From positions 1 through 35,706 of the IMG/VR virus record IMGVR_UViG_2698536570_000003: DNA of 35,706 bases; one strand, written 5' to 3'. Each line of letters begins with the position of its first letter. Position 1 is the first letter of the stretch. The notes under the pieces are model-generated. The model was not told the DNA's origin and ran no database searches. It worked only from the letters and a program-made list of their open reading frames with translations. Source of the DNA: a virus (taxonomy: Duplodnaviria > Heunggongvirae > Uroviricota > Caudoviricetes). The position numbers were made by a program, and so were the translations under genes. Positions 32,666 to 35,706 of the stretch are shown piece by piece.

Positions 32666-33234
32666 AAACGGGGGCTGAAGCCATCCGCGCACTGGCCACA
32701 CAGCTCCCGGCGTTTCGTCAGAAACTGAGCGACGGCTGGTATCAGGTACGGATTGCCGGGCGGGACGTCAGCACGTCCGGGTTAACGGCGCAGTTACATG
32801 AGACTCTGCCTGACGGCGCTGTGATTCATATTGTTCCCAGAGTCGCCGGGGCCAAGTCAGGGGGCGTATTCCAGATTGTTCTGGGGGCTGCCGCCATTGC
32901 CGGATCATTCTTTACTGCCGGAGCCACTCTTGCAGCATGGGGGGCAGCCATTGGGGCCGGTGGTATGACCGGTATCCTGTTTTCTCTCGGTGCCAGTATG
33001 GTACTTGGTGGTGTGGCGCAGATGCTGGCACCGAAAGCCAGGACGCCCACGGCAGCAAGTACAGATAACGGCAAACAGAACACCTATTTCTCCTCACTGG
33101 ATAACATGGTTGCCCAGGGCAATGTTCTGCCCGTTCTGTACGGTGAAATGCGCGTGGGGTCGCGGGTGGTCTCTCAGGAGATCAGCACGGCAGACGAAGG
33201 GGATGGTGGTCAGGTTGTGGTGATTGGTCGCTGA
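32563..33234 (+). CDS. I: tail tip protein gpI (223 aa)
   Basis: Matches lambda I; overlaps K end. Confidence 0.9.
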   Translation: MAATHTLPLASPGMARICLYGDLQRFGRRIDLRVKTGAEAIRALATQLPAFRQKLSDGWYQVRIAGRDVSTSGLTAQLHETLPDGAVIHIVPRVAGAKSGGVFQIVLGAAAIAGSFFTAGATLAAWGAAIGAGGMTGILFSLGASMVLGGVAQMLAPKARTPTAASTDNGKQNTYFSSLDNMVAQGNVLPVLYGEMRVGSRVVSQEISTADEGDGGQVVVIGR

Positions 33235-33291
33235 TGCAAAACATTTTATGTGAAACCGCCTGCGGGCAGTTTTGTCGTTTATGGAGCGTGA

Positions 33292-35706
<2,415 letters not shown>

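Overview
This window is a lambdoid prophage segment of the Escherichia coli type, read from recall of phage lambda and K-12 Qin proteins; no database search was run. The left arm (1-9900) is Qin-like: relB-relE-hokD toxin-antitoxin cluster, rem, a DUF968 protein, a Q antiterminator, cold-shock morons cspF/cspB/cspI, a pinholin/SAR-endolysin/Rz/Rz1 lysis cassette, gnsB, ydfO and ynfO. It is followed by a lambda-type cos site and an almost lambda-identical morphogenesis module (Nu1, A, W, B, C/Nu3, D, E, FI, FII, Z, U, V, G/G-T, H, M, L, K, I, J; J runs off the window end). The main finding is that the major capsid gene E is split at codon 312 by a roughly 7.7 kb insertion (17158-24850). The insertion has TG...CA termini, a flanking 6-bp direct repeat (AAGACA), and a conserved CCGTGAGATAA motif 30 bp inside each end. 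No transposase or integrase is visible, but the insertion contains a 50-N gap. Its cargo is a leftward operon (two unknown proteins, a Mor-like activator, a possible Mu-gpI-like protease-domain protein, a coiled-coil protein, an 825-aa tape-measure-like protein) and a rightward module (Arc/Mnt-like ribbon-helix-helix protein, three phased 16-bp palindromic operators, a 114-aa protein, a palindrome cluster, a 32-bp perfect inverted repeat around the gap, a 27-aa hydrophobic peptide ORF with its own terminator, and an HTH protein). I read this as a candidate undescribed transposon-like phage parasite or satellite sitting in a capsid gene; a misassembly is the main alternative. No tRNA, rRNA or CRISPR array was seen.
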